64,000 bases of DNA from Octopus sinensis. Its lineage: Eukaryota. This document shows positions 39,820 to 53,541 of this stretch, piece after piece. Positions within the stretch are counted from its first letter, which is position 1. Every line of letters begins with the position of its first letter. The stretch lies in contig NC_043009.1 of assembly GCF_006345805.1 (NCBI RefSeq), forward strand, positions 53,878,001 to 53,942,000, written 5' to 3'. Below the pieces are notes generated by a model. The model did no database searches and was not told the DNA's origin. It was given only the letters and a program-made list of their open reading frames with translations. The position numbers and the translations under genes are program-made.

Positions 39820-39884
39820 AGGTGACAAGAGTAGTTTTGGCAGTTATACCAATGGTATAGAAGCTCCTTCTATAAAATAAATAA

Positions 39885-39932
<48 letters not shown>

Positions 39933-39934
39933 CA

Positions 39935-40052
39935 AATGGGACAAGAACGCAAAACATCCGGACAGCTAGGTGATGCAAAAAGGGCCAACTAAACATCCAG
40001 ATAGACGATGCAAGGACGGTTCATTCGAAACCTTCTATCCTCAGTCAAGCAT
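39935..40052. repeat. Dispersed repeat fragment homologous to 61355-61480 (possibly Penelope terminal repeat-derived)
   Basis: Shared GGACAAGAAC, ATCCAGA.AGACGAT.CAAGG and TTCTATC.TCAGTC blocks. Confidence 0.55.
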
Positions 40053-40369
40053 ATATTATATTATTCGTATATTATATTATCCAATATACTATACGAGATA
40101 AATGTTTTACACTTTATCGTTTAATAATCCGAAATACGGGCGATTCAACACCTAGTCGTGTGTTCAGCGCAAATGTTTATGAAATGTCAGCATTAAAAAT
40201 TAGTCAGTTGTACGTAATAAATACTAAGAAAACTTGTATTATATTTATGTTCAACAATAAATAGGAAAGTGAAACAGAAATTGGAAATTATTTAAATTAT
40301 AGTTGCAATGTTAACATATTTCAATTGAAAATATTTCTCAACAAGACGAAGGTTTAAACATTTCAAATT

Positions 40370-40428
<59 letters not shown>

Positions 40429-40483
40429 CACCGTCCAGGCTTAAAAAAGCCCTTATTGTTGGTTTCCTTATCCTGTCTTTTGC

Positions 40484-40844
40484 GGAGGCGCAATGGCCCA
40501 GTGGTTAGGGCAGCGGACTCGCGGTCGTAGGATCGCGGTTTCGATTCCCAGACCGGGCGTTGTGAGTGTTTATTGAGAGAAAACACCTGAAGGATGGTGG
40601 TGATCCCTGCTGTACTCTTTCACCACAACTTTCTCTCACTCTTACTTCCTGTTTCTGTTGTACCTGTATTTCAAAGAGCCTGTCTTGTCACTCTCTGTGT
40701 CATGCTGAATATCCCCGAGAACTACGTTAAGGGTACACGTGTCTGTGGAGTGCTCAGCCACTTACACGTTAATTTCACGAGCAGGCTGTTCCGTTAATCA
40801 GATCAACCGGAACCCTCATCGTCGTAACCGACGGAGTGCTTCCC
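40484..40844 (+). mobile_element. Family C SINE with 12-bp TSD
   Basis: ATCCTGTCTTTT at 40470-40481 and 40845-40856. Confidence 0.9.
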
Positions 40845-41481
40845 ATCCTGTCTTTTACTGTTTCTATCTTTATTTGTAGTTTTCATCTTTATTTGTATTG
40901 TTTTTACGTCTTGTTCTTGTCACCTTTTTCTACTCCTCCGCAATTTTTTTTTATTTAATTCATTTGCGGGAAGGACTCTTTCAGTGTAGTCGTGTTCTGC
41001 CCTTACCTTTGAAACACACAATGAGGCGAAACAGGGGCAGCTGAAGAAGGGGAATGTTCCCGCTGTTGTTTGTCTTGTACTCTGTTTTTTCGTTGTTAAA
41101 AAAAGTCCGTTTCCTTGTTTTGTTTCTGTTTTCGTTTCTACTTTTATTTGTGGTGTCCTGTACTCATATATGCATGTATATATACATATAGATGTAGGTT
41201 TGTACATATATGTATGTATGCAATGTTTTATTTATCAAATTGTTATTATATGAATATATAAGTATATGTGTGTGTGTGTGTGTGTGTGTACGTATGTATA
41301 TACACACACATATATATCATAAACATAAATACACAAATGTGTATGCGTATCGGCATATTTGCAGGTAAATATGTTGTACATAGAGCAAGTTAAGGCAATA
41401 TTCATAAGAAAATAACAACCATTATCATTTTTATGGCTGTTAAAATGAATAATAATAATAATATTATTATTATTATTGTTA

Positions 41482-41531
<50 letters not shown>

Positions 41532-41549
41532 GTTATTATTATTATTATT

Positions 41550-42096
41550 GAGTGAGAGAGCAGTCCATGCCATCAAAGTGACACTGGAGTAAAATATACG
41601 AAGCCCAATATACCCATCATGACTACCCGGTTGATAAGGGTACACCAGGCACATGCATCACAACCATATGAGCGCGACATGGTGATCTCATAAACAGCAC
41701 ATGGCCTTGCAGGTGGGGCCCAGTTAGAATTTTCTTCAGGTTGAGTAGCCCATTCCGCTCAAATGGTCCCTGAATAAGGGTTGTTTAAGGATGTTGAAAG
41801 AACCACCCATGTTTCCAGAGGTGAATTATTCAAACCCCAATGAATCCCCCTCAACACATGGCTATGATGCTCCCCCACTACTTCTGCTCATGATCAGAGA
41901 TGCACATATCGTCAGCCACTAAGGGACATGCTCAACTGGTTAAGGTCAAACAACTGACAAGCAAATCTGTGGTATTGAGCAGAATATTTGTTGTAGCCCA
42001 TCTTTTATACCAAGACAAAACAATGTACATGATAACACTTCCAATCAGTTAAGATCAGAAGCCATGAGAGCCACTGCCTGGTACTGCATCAGGGCA
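41550..42096 (-). mobile_element. (AAT)n-flanked element, copy 5
   Basis: Reverse complement of 9061-9618, with (ATT)n on both sides. Confidence 0.85.
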
Positions 42097-42105
42097 TTTA
42101 TTATG

Positions 42106-42158
<53 letters not shown>

Positions 42159-43494
42159 CATTATTATTATTAATTTACTATTATTATTTTACTATTATTA
42201 TTTTATTACCACTATTACTTACATTCTGTGTTCAAGATCGACTTTACCTTTCATTCTTTCGAGGGTCGATAAAATATATACCAGCTAAACAGATTTCAAC
42301 CACAACAAACATTGTGATATACTGAGTGGATACTACTACATCGCGTAGCCACGACAAACAGACAAAATGTGTTAGCAGCTAAAAATTTGAGGTTACGGAA
42401 CATAGAAACAATATTCATATATCACCCGATGAAACACAAGAAGATCTCGCAATGCAGGGAAACGGTTACATAACCAAATACCAGGAGAAACCAGGAGAAA
42501 TACGTTGCGTTGAAACAATTTCAGTGATTAGAAACAATGTTCCTCGGTACACCCCCTTCTTGACTCCAGCTTATTCAAATATACATTCACATAATACAGA
42601 AGCCCCAACTCAAATCTGGTACTAGATTTAATACTATTGTTGGATAGCACTGGGGGAAACCTGAGGGTGGACAAGCTCTATACTGTACTCCACTGTTCTC
42701 AACAGAATATAACCTATATATATTTGGGAAAATGTACTTTAATGCAAAACTACGTCGAATTGCTTTCGTTTACTTCAAGAGGTAACTAGCTATTCAATAG
42801 AATCTGATAAAATATCTATCCGCTTGAAGTCAATACTAGAATTAATAATAGCGAATGAATCCCTAGAAGGTGGCGTTCTATAATAATTGTATTCAATGAA
42901 TGTAGCTCGTAATTTTGGATATTTCCGTTAGAATTCAAGTTTCAAATCTTCCTAACGGACAAGTAATATATTTCTAACTGAACACAATAGCATCTGCTGT
43001 AATATTTATTGTTGTTATTGTTTAGTTGTTGAGATTCACATCGATACTTCTTTCGAGGTACGCGTTTGATCATTTGTATTCTATTTGTAAATACCTGACC
43101 TATTTGACTTCTGGCACGGAAGATCTAAGACAATATTCAATGTGTACATCTTTTACGGCACTAAGGGATCGATGGCAAATCTTTCTACTTTGGTGTATCG
43201 AAATTTAAGTGTATTTTATAAACCTGTTTTGGAGCATCACTTTCCTTTGACCGTATATTTTAGTTTTAGGGCTATTTAGAAGATATTGTAGGGAAATTAT
43301 TCTTCGAAACCTTCTCATGTCATCTAAAACCTGTAACGTGTCATTAATAATACACGTGTCATAAGCAGTGACCGTGTGAAAGACAAACGACTACAGTATT
43401 TCTAACAGGTCCACCAAAGTGTGAAAACCGTTTTCTAAAAACTTCTTGAAGTCGTTATTGTTTATAACATCAGGATCTTAATCGTTTCTAAACT

Positions 43495-43735
43495 TTGCCA
43501 TAAGAGCAGCAATTTTGGGAGAGGGAATGAGTCGATACTTAATTTATCGATCAGAGGCAAAGCCGACCTCGGTGGATTCCGAACTCACAACGTAGCGACG
43601 GGCGAAATACTGCTAAGTATTTCGTCCAGCGCGCCAACGAATCTACAAGCTCGCCACCTAATATTATATTAATAATAACAATGAAGCATATAATGAAAGG
43701 TGGCGAACTGGCAGAATGGTCAGCACGCCGTTTAC
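43495..43735. mobile_element. Family B SINE (minus, 43495-43659) and an inverted head fragment (plus, 43698-43735)
   Basis: TCGCCACCT and AGGTGGCGA heads about 40 bp apart. Confidence 0.7.
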
Positions 43736-44323
43736 GTAATTTGATAAGCTTTACCCAGTAACAGGATGAAATTTTTACAAAAACTTCGAACTTGCAAATA
43801 TGCAGACAGTTATTTCAATAACTGAAATAATTACACAACAAGCATATCATTACAATCTAGCAATTTGCTATTTTATTTACATTAAAAACACAAGAAGTAA
43901 CTGACAAATTTCTATTTCTCTAAACAATTTTAATTGCCAACTTTTGAATGTTAGATATGTATTTATAATTTTATGTTCATTGTTTATTCGTTGAGAATAG
44001 AAATATAAGCACACATATACTTACAAAAATGTACATATATACAAGCATAATAATGTACACATTTAAAAAACTTAAACTGACACAATCACACATAGAGCAT
44101 GAATATATACAGAGAGGCAAAATTCACTTTCTGGAATGTATAGATACGTATACCCAAACACCTACACATAGACATAAAATTGAAAACAAAAAAACAAAAA
44201 AGAAACATTTGAAATGAAAGTAGGACACAATTCGGTTTTAATGAGATAGCATAGTTTTAATGGCTTTGAAAACAAATTAGGATGGGAAACAAAAAGAAAA
44301 AGACATGTGTTTATATGTATACG

Positions 44324-44360
<37 letters not shown>

Positions 44361-44399
44361 ATATATATACATACATATGTATTTATATACATATATATG

Positions 44400-44433
<34 letters not shown>

Positions 44434-44646
44434 ATATTGATATATATACACATTGTGTGGCATGTGCGCGTGTGTATGTGTGTATATATATATAGCTAGA
44501 TAGATACACACATACATACATATATATATACATATATATATGTGTGGGTGCTGTGAGTGTGTGTGCGGATGCATATGTGTGTATGAGTATACTGGGGGAC
44601 AAAGAGAGAGAAGGAGCGCGCAAAAGAGAGAAGTATATATACATAT

Positions 44647-44727
<81 letters not shown>

Positions 44728-44995
44728 AGATAGATAGATAGATAGAAGATAGATAGATAGATAGATCTGCTAATTTAGACATACATAAAAAATTGAACTG
44801 GAAAGTAATGAATTATTTTATTTACAGTCGGTGGCCTACAAGAATGACTAAAGCGCCTTTTGTTTGGTATTGGTTTTGCCCTAAAACTTTCGAACCTTTA
44901 AGCGTAGAGATAACTTCCTACATTCACGGCTACAAAAAAAAACATATGTTTGTGGTGTGTATGTGTTTGTGTGTGGATGCATATATATATATAAA

Positions 44996-45035
<40 letters not shown>

Positions 45036-45246
45036 AATAGATACATACATGCACACAGACACATATATATATATGCATATATATTTGTGTATACATTCAT
45101 ATATATGTATATATATATACACACATACACACACATATATATACACGTACATATATATTTATATATAGATATAGATATATATAGATATATATATGTATAT
45201 AGGAATGAATGTATATATGTATGCGTGTGTGTATGTAGTTACGTGT

Positions 45247-45575
45247 GAAGGCGCATGACCCAGTGGTTAGAGAGTCGATCTTACGGCCGTCAGGTTGTGA
45301 GTTCGCATCCTAGACCGGGCTGCGTGTTGTGTTCTTCAGCAAGACTCTTTATTTCACGTTGCTCCAGTTCACTCTGCTGTAGAAATGAGTTGCGACGTCA
45401 CTGGTGCCAAGCTGTATCGACCTTTGCCTTTTCCTTGGATAACATCGGTGGCGTGGAGAGGGGAGGCTGGTATGCATGGGCGACTTCTGGTCTTCCATAA
45501 ACAAACTTGCCCGTGCCTTGGAAGAGTAGCTTTCTAGGTGCAATTCCATGGTCATTCGTGAAAGAAGGGGGTCTC
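45247..45575 (+). mobile_element. tRNA-derived SINE family D with CORE-like block
   Basis: GGCGCATGACCCAGTGG, GAGTTCGCATCC, GTGTTCTTCAGCAAGACTCTTT...CTCCAGTTCACTC. Confidence 0.8.
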
Positions 45576-46349
45576 CGCATGTATGTGCGTATAGAATGAG
45601 CGGATAAACTAGGAAAAAAGGCACTCAATACCATTATCAGCAGTTATATATATCATTATTTAATATATATATATATCGTTATTTTAAATTATAGATATAA
45701 AGATTATAATATCCAGTATATACTATGGCGGGTGTTACGTGCCAAACAGCCCGCGATAGATGAAAATCTGCGAAGTAGAAACAGTACGGTACTGTCTTTA
45801 TTTTTATCATTTTTATAATTAGTATATATTTATTTTATCATAATTGCAAAACAACACCTCGGAGATATCGACGAGAGCTTAAATAATAAACTGCGATAAG
45901 TGAACTGCGATATGGCGAGGAATTATTTGTATATCAGAATTTTTAAAATTGCATAGAAGGACCACAAGTGTACACAGGGAAAAATATCGCACATATAGCG
46001 TAGACGTGGTGCATTTCACTCATTAGTTATAGCCCAAAATCAACAATTTCCTGCCTTTAATGATATATGTAGCAAATCAAGGGCATTGAAATGTGTGTTC
46101 GGTACTCAGAATGTACCCCACGGGAAAACCGGCTAACTGAGAGAATTTCTGTCGGTGGTTAATTTTTGAAAAGAAAACTATGTGTACAAGCTGAAATTCC
46201 AAGTCAAATAGATTTACCGCAGAGTATGAATAAATTAAGTCAAAGACTGGGATTTATAGTATCATCTTTAATTCTTTAATTACTATCGTAGAAAAGACCG
46301 TAGCAAAAGGATTAAAAATAATACCATAAATTCGAAACTTTGACTAAAG

Positions 46350-46424
<75 letters not shown>

Positions 46425-46770
46425 ATTCGAGACATGTGTGTGTGTGTGTGTGTGTGTGTATCTATGTATGTATGTATGTATGTATTTATGTATGTATGTA
46501 TGTATTTCAATGGTGAGAGAGAAATAGAGATAACCGTGGACTGTTAACCTTTGATAATGTGTCTTGTTTCTTCGTAGTTTATGTTGTACAGTGTTCTTTT
46601 TCAGTTATATCCTTCTTATGTCTGGAAATTCTTCTCTCTTCAGGACAGTGTTTATTTCAATGTTTTAATTACATTTTGGTGAGCCCTTAATGTAACCCGA
46701 GTCCTAAGATTTGTCCCTACCATGTTCTTTCCAGGGTAAGGGATGAGACAAATACGTCGTCTCTGTGAAG

Positions 46771-46981
46771 GTGGCGAGCTGGTAGAATCGTTAGCACGCC
46801 GGGTGAAATGTTTAGCAGTATTTCGTCTGTCTTCACGTTCTGAGTTCAAATTCCGCCGAGGTCGACTTTGCCTTTCATCCTTTCGAGGTCGATAAATTAA
46901 GTACCAGTTGCGTACTAGGTTCGATAAAATCGACTGGCCCTCTACCCCAAAATTTCGGGCATTGTGCCTAGAGTAGAAAAG
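46771..46981 (+). mobile_element. Family B SINE, full length, 20-bp TSD (central domain recalls the Meta-SINE type; unverified)
   Basis: GGTGGCGAGCTGG head, GAGTTCAAATTCC B box, GCCTTTCATCCTTTCGAGGTCGATAAA; TSD at 46751-46770 and 46982-47001. Confidence 0.9.
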
Positions 46982-48050
46982 AATACGTCGTCTCTGTGAA
47001 GTTTTGTGTATAGTATACTGGTAATTTTTTCTAGTTCTCTGCTTGTTAAATATTTGTAAACTGTTAGAATCTTATATTTTCGATGCATCATAGATTTTCA
47101 AATACATTAGATAAATTCAGTTCAGTCTTCTTCAAATCAAGAAGGATTTTCATAATGCAAGAGAATAATTTATTGCGTTCATTATCATAGTCAATTCGTC
47201 AGCGGTTATGATGGTGTCTATTTTCTCGAATTCTAGACCCCGTAGAGTAACACTTCTACAAATCAATGGGAAATACTAAACACTATTGAACTACGTATAT
47301 CCATTTCGTACAAATGTGCTGGTCTTCAATGCAATTAAATTACTTCATATTTGTGCTATTTCAATTCCAACTTTGTAGATCTGTTACTCGACTAAATTTT
47401 CATAAATATGAAATTCATTATATTTTTCAAGCTACATTCAGTTACTGCTTCATTAGACTGATTAGTCTGTATATTTATGGCTTAATATACGGTTAATGTT
47501 ATGATCTTTGAATGTCTGATTGGGTTTATGTTCACTGAGGCGTTCTGAATGATCTTCTACATTGGCTTATATGTTACTCGTAATATATTTGTTTGTATTT
47601 AGAATGGATCTTTATTTGTTAGCTTGCCTATAAATCATTTACTGAGTCCATTCCCAACAAGCTCATATATATTTTTGCACTTTTATTTCCTTGCAGTTTA
47701 ATGAAATAATTGCATTTAAATATATTGTAAAAATAATTTTCATAAAATTAGGTTAGTCTAGTTATTTGTTTTGAATCGAATTTCTCGAGGTTAGAGGCTT
47801 GTAAAAATTCCTTCCATTACATTATTCTTAACGACATTTTCAGAATTCCTTGCTAGTTGCGACTGGCGTTTTCAATGAGTGAATAACTGATTATTTATTC
47901 ATTATTTGCCGGTTGTATACCCAGCATATTTAGAATATTGCCCCACCTGCAATAGCTAAGGTCATGACGTATGTTGCTGATACAAGAAAATGTGCTCTTT
48001 ACAAGTTATAATTTATCTGTGTTTGTATGTGGGTAACCACATACAAACAC

Positions 48051-48107
<57 letters not shown>

Positions 48108-48246
48108 ATATATATTTATATATATATATAGTTAATATATATATAAAACAACAAGAAAACACAAAAAAACAAAAAAACGCAACAGAGCGAGGACGTGGAA
48201 CAAATAAAGTATTATTGGACGCTCAGGAAAGAAGGAAAGAAGGAGG

Positions 48247-48281
48247 GTTTAACGTTTCGAGCGGAGCTCTTCGTCGGAAAC
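48247..48281 (-). ncRNA. Minimal type I hammerhead variant within a probable Penelope terminal repeat (about 48140-48355)
   Basis: GUUU-CCGACGA-A-GAGC UCC GCUC-GAAAC GUU^AAAC; U4 replaced by C; palindromic AACGUU stem III. Confidence 0.6.
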
Positions 48282-48407
48282 AAAGGAGAAGGAAAGATCC
48301 CGAGAAGGGAGGACAGAGGAAAAAAATCGCCAGTGGTACTCACGAGGTCACATATTGAAAAAAATATATATACATATATATATAGAGAGAGATAGATAGA
48401 TAGATAA

Positions 48408-48454
<47 letters not shown>

Positions 48455-49525
48455 TATTGAATACACCCATACACATATTTATTGTATTACTTTTATGTAT
48501 GAATGCACGTGTATATGTATATTTGTGGCTGTACATTGAAACGGAGAGAGAGGCAGAGACAAAGACGGGGAGACAATTATTTGAATATTAGAGAGGGGGA
48601 GGTTAAGCGCTGAATACGTGAATAATATTTCTCTTCAAACATATTTTAAGCAAACTAATATATTTTAAGTTGAAAAAGCGGATTTTATGATAAATACATG
48701 GGTATATCGTTATTTATAGCAGAGCGAATAGTGTGCTAGCAGTAATTCAATGCCTACAATCTGAGAAGAAAATTTACATTGTTTTAATTTTACGAATTTG
48801 CTTTATCGTTCAGCAGATAATTATGTTGATTATAACTTAAAACAGTGTTTTTCTCCGGGATTCTCTGCGGTTCTCTACCGTAGTATAACTATACATTATA
48901 CTATGCATAGCAAATTGAAGTGACCATGCTGATAGTGGTTATACATGAATCTCATACTGTGTCCATATGAATATACAAGATTCATATCAATAAGTACACC
49001 ACTACCTCAGATTACATAACTTTTGCTTGGTCACTGACAGTTTCAGCAGAGAAGGCGGTAAAATATGGTCTAGTAATGTATATCATTATGAGTATTAAGT
49101 TATCTTTATAATGGATACGTGTTCAGAATCCTCGCAACAGAGTAGACGGCGCTACAGAACCAGGCGATGGTATTAATTGATAAATATCCAAAGCTTCATA
49201 TAAATAGATCAAAATACTATGTTCTCTGAAGTTCAGAACGCAAATGGGGAGCATGTGACGTAGAATTAATGAAGAGAAGTCATTTACTTTGAAGTAGATA
49301 TATATAGACAATAGATTATGGGATCAAATTTTCAAGGCGTTACCTCTGGATAACTTGGCCCAAATTAGTAACTAATTCGCAATATGACGCTAGAAAAAGG
49401 GACAACTATCGGGTAACTAGGCAGAATATTTATATCTATATCCAACTAGCCATTTACCACACGCACACACACACATGCACACACACATACACACACAAAT
49501 ATGTATATATATATACACACACATA

Positions 49526-49905
49526 TACGAGGGTGAGTCAAAGAGAAATGCCATTTTGTTTAAGACAGGTATAATTACCAACACAGGAACATGTATCATA
49601 CATAAAAATGAAGCTGGTCCTCTGTAGATCACATCCCTACTTCTCAACATAGTCACTGTTTCTCTCAATAGCAATGTTCTACCTTCGAATGAGAGCATGT
49701 ATCCCTGTCCCGTAAAATTCAGTTAGCTGTTCTTTAAGCCACTTCTTCGCTACAGTTTTCACTTCCTCGTCACTGGAATAATGTTTGCTTCTAAAACCCT
49801 CTTTCATGGGGCCGAAGAGATGATAGTCTGAAGCCTCGAAATCTGGTGACGAAGAAGTGAAAACTGCAGTGAAGAAGTGTTATTAACTTTTGACTAACCC
49901 TCATA
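49526..49905 (-). mobile_element. Mariner-derived MITE with TIRs and TA ends
   Basis: TACGAGGGTGAGTCAAAGAG and TATGAGGGTTAGTCAAAAG termini; SDYHLFGPMKEG...SDEEVK...YVEK* C-terminus on minus strand. Confidence 0.85.
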
Positions 49906-49906
49906 T

Positions 49907-49935
<29 letters not shown>

Positions 49936-49937
<2 letters not shown>

Positions 49938-50110
49938 GCTCGGAATGGTCAGTGGCAAGAGAGGAAGTGGCCGACCATCAAACCACTGCCTTGACACCAT
50001 CAGGAGTGATACCGGAATGGACATGGTCAGTCTGAAGGAAGCGGCCCAGGATAGAACTGACTGGAGGACACTGATCCAGAGTGACCGAGAGTCGACTTCG
50101 ACTGAGCGGT
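49936..50110 (+). mobile_element. RTE-clade LINE extreme 3' fragment within (TA)n
   Basis: MLGMVSGKRGSGRP...LDTIRSDTGM...LKEAAQDRTDWR matches the RTE ORF C-terminus. Confidence 0.8.
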
Positions 50111-50188
<78 letters not shown>

Positions 50189-50633
50189 CTTACACACATA
50201 TATAATATATATTTGTATACACGTGTATATATATTCATTGATATATACACATATACATAGCGAAAATATTTACCCAGTTTGATAACGATGTTCAATTATC
50301 TTAGTGGTAGACCGAGGCTGCTGCCCGGTATACAACAACAGTTGGCTCCTTTTGCTGTGCCTACTGTATTGCAGATTTTCGGGGACAAGTCTGACTTAGT
50401 AATATTCTCCCTAAACGTTTCTGAAGCCTTACACTTTTGAAAAAGAGAAAACCTGATGCTGGATAGAAGAATGGGCCAACGTATTTACTAAGTAGTCACT
50501 TACCACAGACACGAGGTCTCAAACATAGTCGTTTGAAAGATTTACAATAACTAACTGGCACATGTTCTATCGACTACAAGATCTAAACTTTCATGTCTAC
50601 GTTACGCAAGGACAGTATTGTGTAATACATATA

Positions 50634-50820
50634 TGGTGATGATGATGATGATGATGATAGTGGTGGTGGTGGTGATGCTGGTGGTGGTGGTAGTGGTGGT
50701 GGTGGTGGTAGTGGTGGTGTTGGTGGTGGTGGTGGTGGTGGTTGTTGGTGGTGGTGGTGGTGGTTGGTGGTGGTGGTGGTGGTGGTGGTTGTTGTTGGTG
50801 GTGGTGGGCATGGTGGTGGA
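50634..50820. repeat. (GAT)n/(GGT)n compound microsatellite
   Basis: Direct reading. Confidence 0.9.
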
Positions 50821-50986
50821 GAGAATGTTGGACTCTCCCGTCGATTTCGACGGTGTAACATCATTTTCTTTTTAGATCTGACTTCTATGTCTCCAACGGG
50901 GCTTTAATCCGACTATCAACAGACATGCTTATATAAGAAATAGTTGCCATATTATACATAAAGGCTGGCATGTTACTTAAATCAAG

Positions 50987-51025
<39 letters not shown>

Positions 51026-51082
51026 TATATGTATATGCATGTATGTATATATTTATATCTATCTATCTAAGTATATAAATAA

Positions 51083-51126
<44 letters not shown>

Positions 51127-51326
51127 ATTAATAATATGTATGCATATCTATATCTATAAGCTCACGTACATAGACACACATAGGCAGACGCACATATATA
51201 TGACTATGAATGTGTGTTTGTTTTTATATAAACATATAAATGTAAATATATATATATGTATAGTTATGACTGTATATATGTACATATATGTATGTACGTA
51301 TATATATTTAAATGCGTATATATGTA

Positions 51327-51382
<56 letters not shown>

Positions 51383-52004
51383 ATATATATATAATATATA
51401 TATTAGGGACGTTATTGGAAACACAAATAACTCGGTTCCTATTTTGGATCCAGGCTGCTGTAAGACTTCAAAGAAAACTCTAAATGATGACATCGTATTA
51501 GATTCACTTTCTTATATAAGAATTAATCAAGTAAATCATGATATACGACGATTCGTCTACTTGCTATTGTTCTTGTTCTTTAAGTGATATAAATAAAATA
51601 AAAACGGATTTCATCCATAAATATTTTATGGACAAAATATATACTGAAGCAACAATACGAATGCGCATACAAAGGAGAATTTTAAAACCATTTATAGAAA
51701 TATAAACTTTCAGAGTCGGAAGATTTATCTGAACGGAGAATTTTAGTGACATTATAAATCCTCTTGAAATATTGTAAAATATTCATAGAAATATTTTTAT
51801 CTCGCAATCTAAAGTAGATTTCAGACTTAAGAATTTAAATATAGGGTATCTCTCTAAAAAGAAGGAAACAAGAAAGCAAGCAAGCACGAAAGACAGAAAG
51901 AAAGAAAGGAATTGGAAGATCTTCAGATATCGATAAAACGCATCAAGCATTGATAGCATCTTACGTAAAACAATGGTATAATTCCTTATATTATCATTAT
52001 TATT

Positions 52005-52005
52005 A

Positions 52006-52084
<79 letters not shown>

Positions 52085-52196
52085 ATTATTATTATTATTA
52101 TTATTAGTGATAGTAGTATTAGCAACAGCAGCAGCAGCATTAGGAGTAGCAGTAGTAGTAGTAGTAGTAGTAGTAGTCGTCGTCGTCGTCGTCGTC

Positions 52197-52263
<67 letters not shown>
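52005..52263. repeat. Compound trinucleotide array (ATT, GTT, AGC, AGT, CGT)
   Basis: Direct reading; abuts the 3' end of the Dong/R4 LINE. Confidence 0.9.
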
Positions 52264-52264
<1 letters not shown>

Positions 52265-53400
52265 TTACTTCTCAAAGCTCTCGTTTTCACTTGGAGTGGT
52301 TGATTCTGTGAGATTGAACTGCAACCTGTTGTCAGAGGTCTCACAGGATCTCTTTCTGCAAATTATAAGCTCTGATACCTGAATGTTTACTTATCGTGGA
52401 AAACGTTTAACACCTAAGCACCAATCTCAAAATTCTAGCTTCTTCCTAATACTGCAGTTTTTGGGGCCTGCTCGGCCTTCATGTCAATTCCAATTTCTCC
52501 GGCATATTTCTCGAACCTTGATTACTAGTGCTCCGACTGCCCCTACAACCACTGAGATAACAGTAAATCTCCTCATTGCCGACATTCTTGCAATTTCGTT
52601 TTTTAGTGGTCTTCATTTCTCCATCTTTTGTTTTCTTAAAATGTTTACTCTATTTAATAAGTATATAACTAATTGTCGTGACGCAGAATCTCTGTTTCTC
52701 ATTATTATAACGTAGAAGTCTTAAGTTCAGTTTTGATTCTTTCGTTATTCACTGACGTCACCTAGAGTGGAATACAAAAATAGCTTTTCTTGGATTATAT
52801 TTCTTCTTAACGTTCTTTCATTTTGCGTTCTTTCATTTTGTATGGCAATATTTATGATGTTAGTTTCCTATTTCTTTCTATCCATAACAACAATGTCTGC
52901 TCTCAGAGAAACCATTAGAGAGTCGACTGTAAAATCCCACAGAATACAACATTCATTGTTGTTAGTGACGGCTTCTGATTCATATTTGTGTAATTTCCGT
53001 GCTGTGCACAGACTGTACTTTTCTGCCAGTCACCAGCCAATAAACCTAGACGTTGTCGTGCCTCTTTTGTAGTGATTTTGTGCCACCTTGCTATACTTAC
53101 TCAAAATATTTTAGGTTCTTTTGGTTATGCTTACCACACGTCCTACATAGAGGCGAATCACAGCTCTTATCTATTTTGGACTTCGTGTAATTAGATCTCA
53201 GTGATTGTTCTTGAGCACTGCATATCGGCGCTTCAGTGCGTGATTTAAGATCCTATTTTCTTAGCAATCTCCAGTTATTGATCTTTTTATCTTTCTCTTC
53301 AGCATCTCTGATGTATTGCCTATGGTTTGTTTTCATTTCCCACTTGTTTGTTGTTTGTTCTACATCTTTTTTTTATGCGGTAACAAGGATTCGCTCTCAG
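52264..53400 (-). mobile_element. Dong/R4-type RLE LINE, 5'-truncated, with 3' UTR
   Basis: LKSRTEAPICSAQEQSLRSNY..KIDKSCDSPLCRTCG, KRHDNV, ILWDFTV, RADIVV, VVVGAVG, RILRLVLRC*. Confidence 0.88.
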
Positions 53401-53541
53401 CCCTCTTCGTGTTGGCAACACAGATCTTGCGCCCTATGGGGCCCTTCCTCCCTTGTTCCTAGGGCTCATACTGTCCATCAATATCGCTTTTTGAGTGCAG
53501 ATCATCATTATTATAATTATTACTATAATAATAATAATAAC

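Noticed and set aside
40995-41065. GAAAC and CTGAAGA close together in a hairpin-rich repeat
   Set aside because: No room for stem III, an NUH triplet and stem I; at best a degenerate remnant
50504-50573. Minus-strand 70-nt open exon candidate ending in GTAAGT
   Set aside because: Weak acceptor, unrecognisable peptide, and no partner exon can be linked
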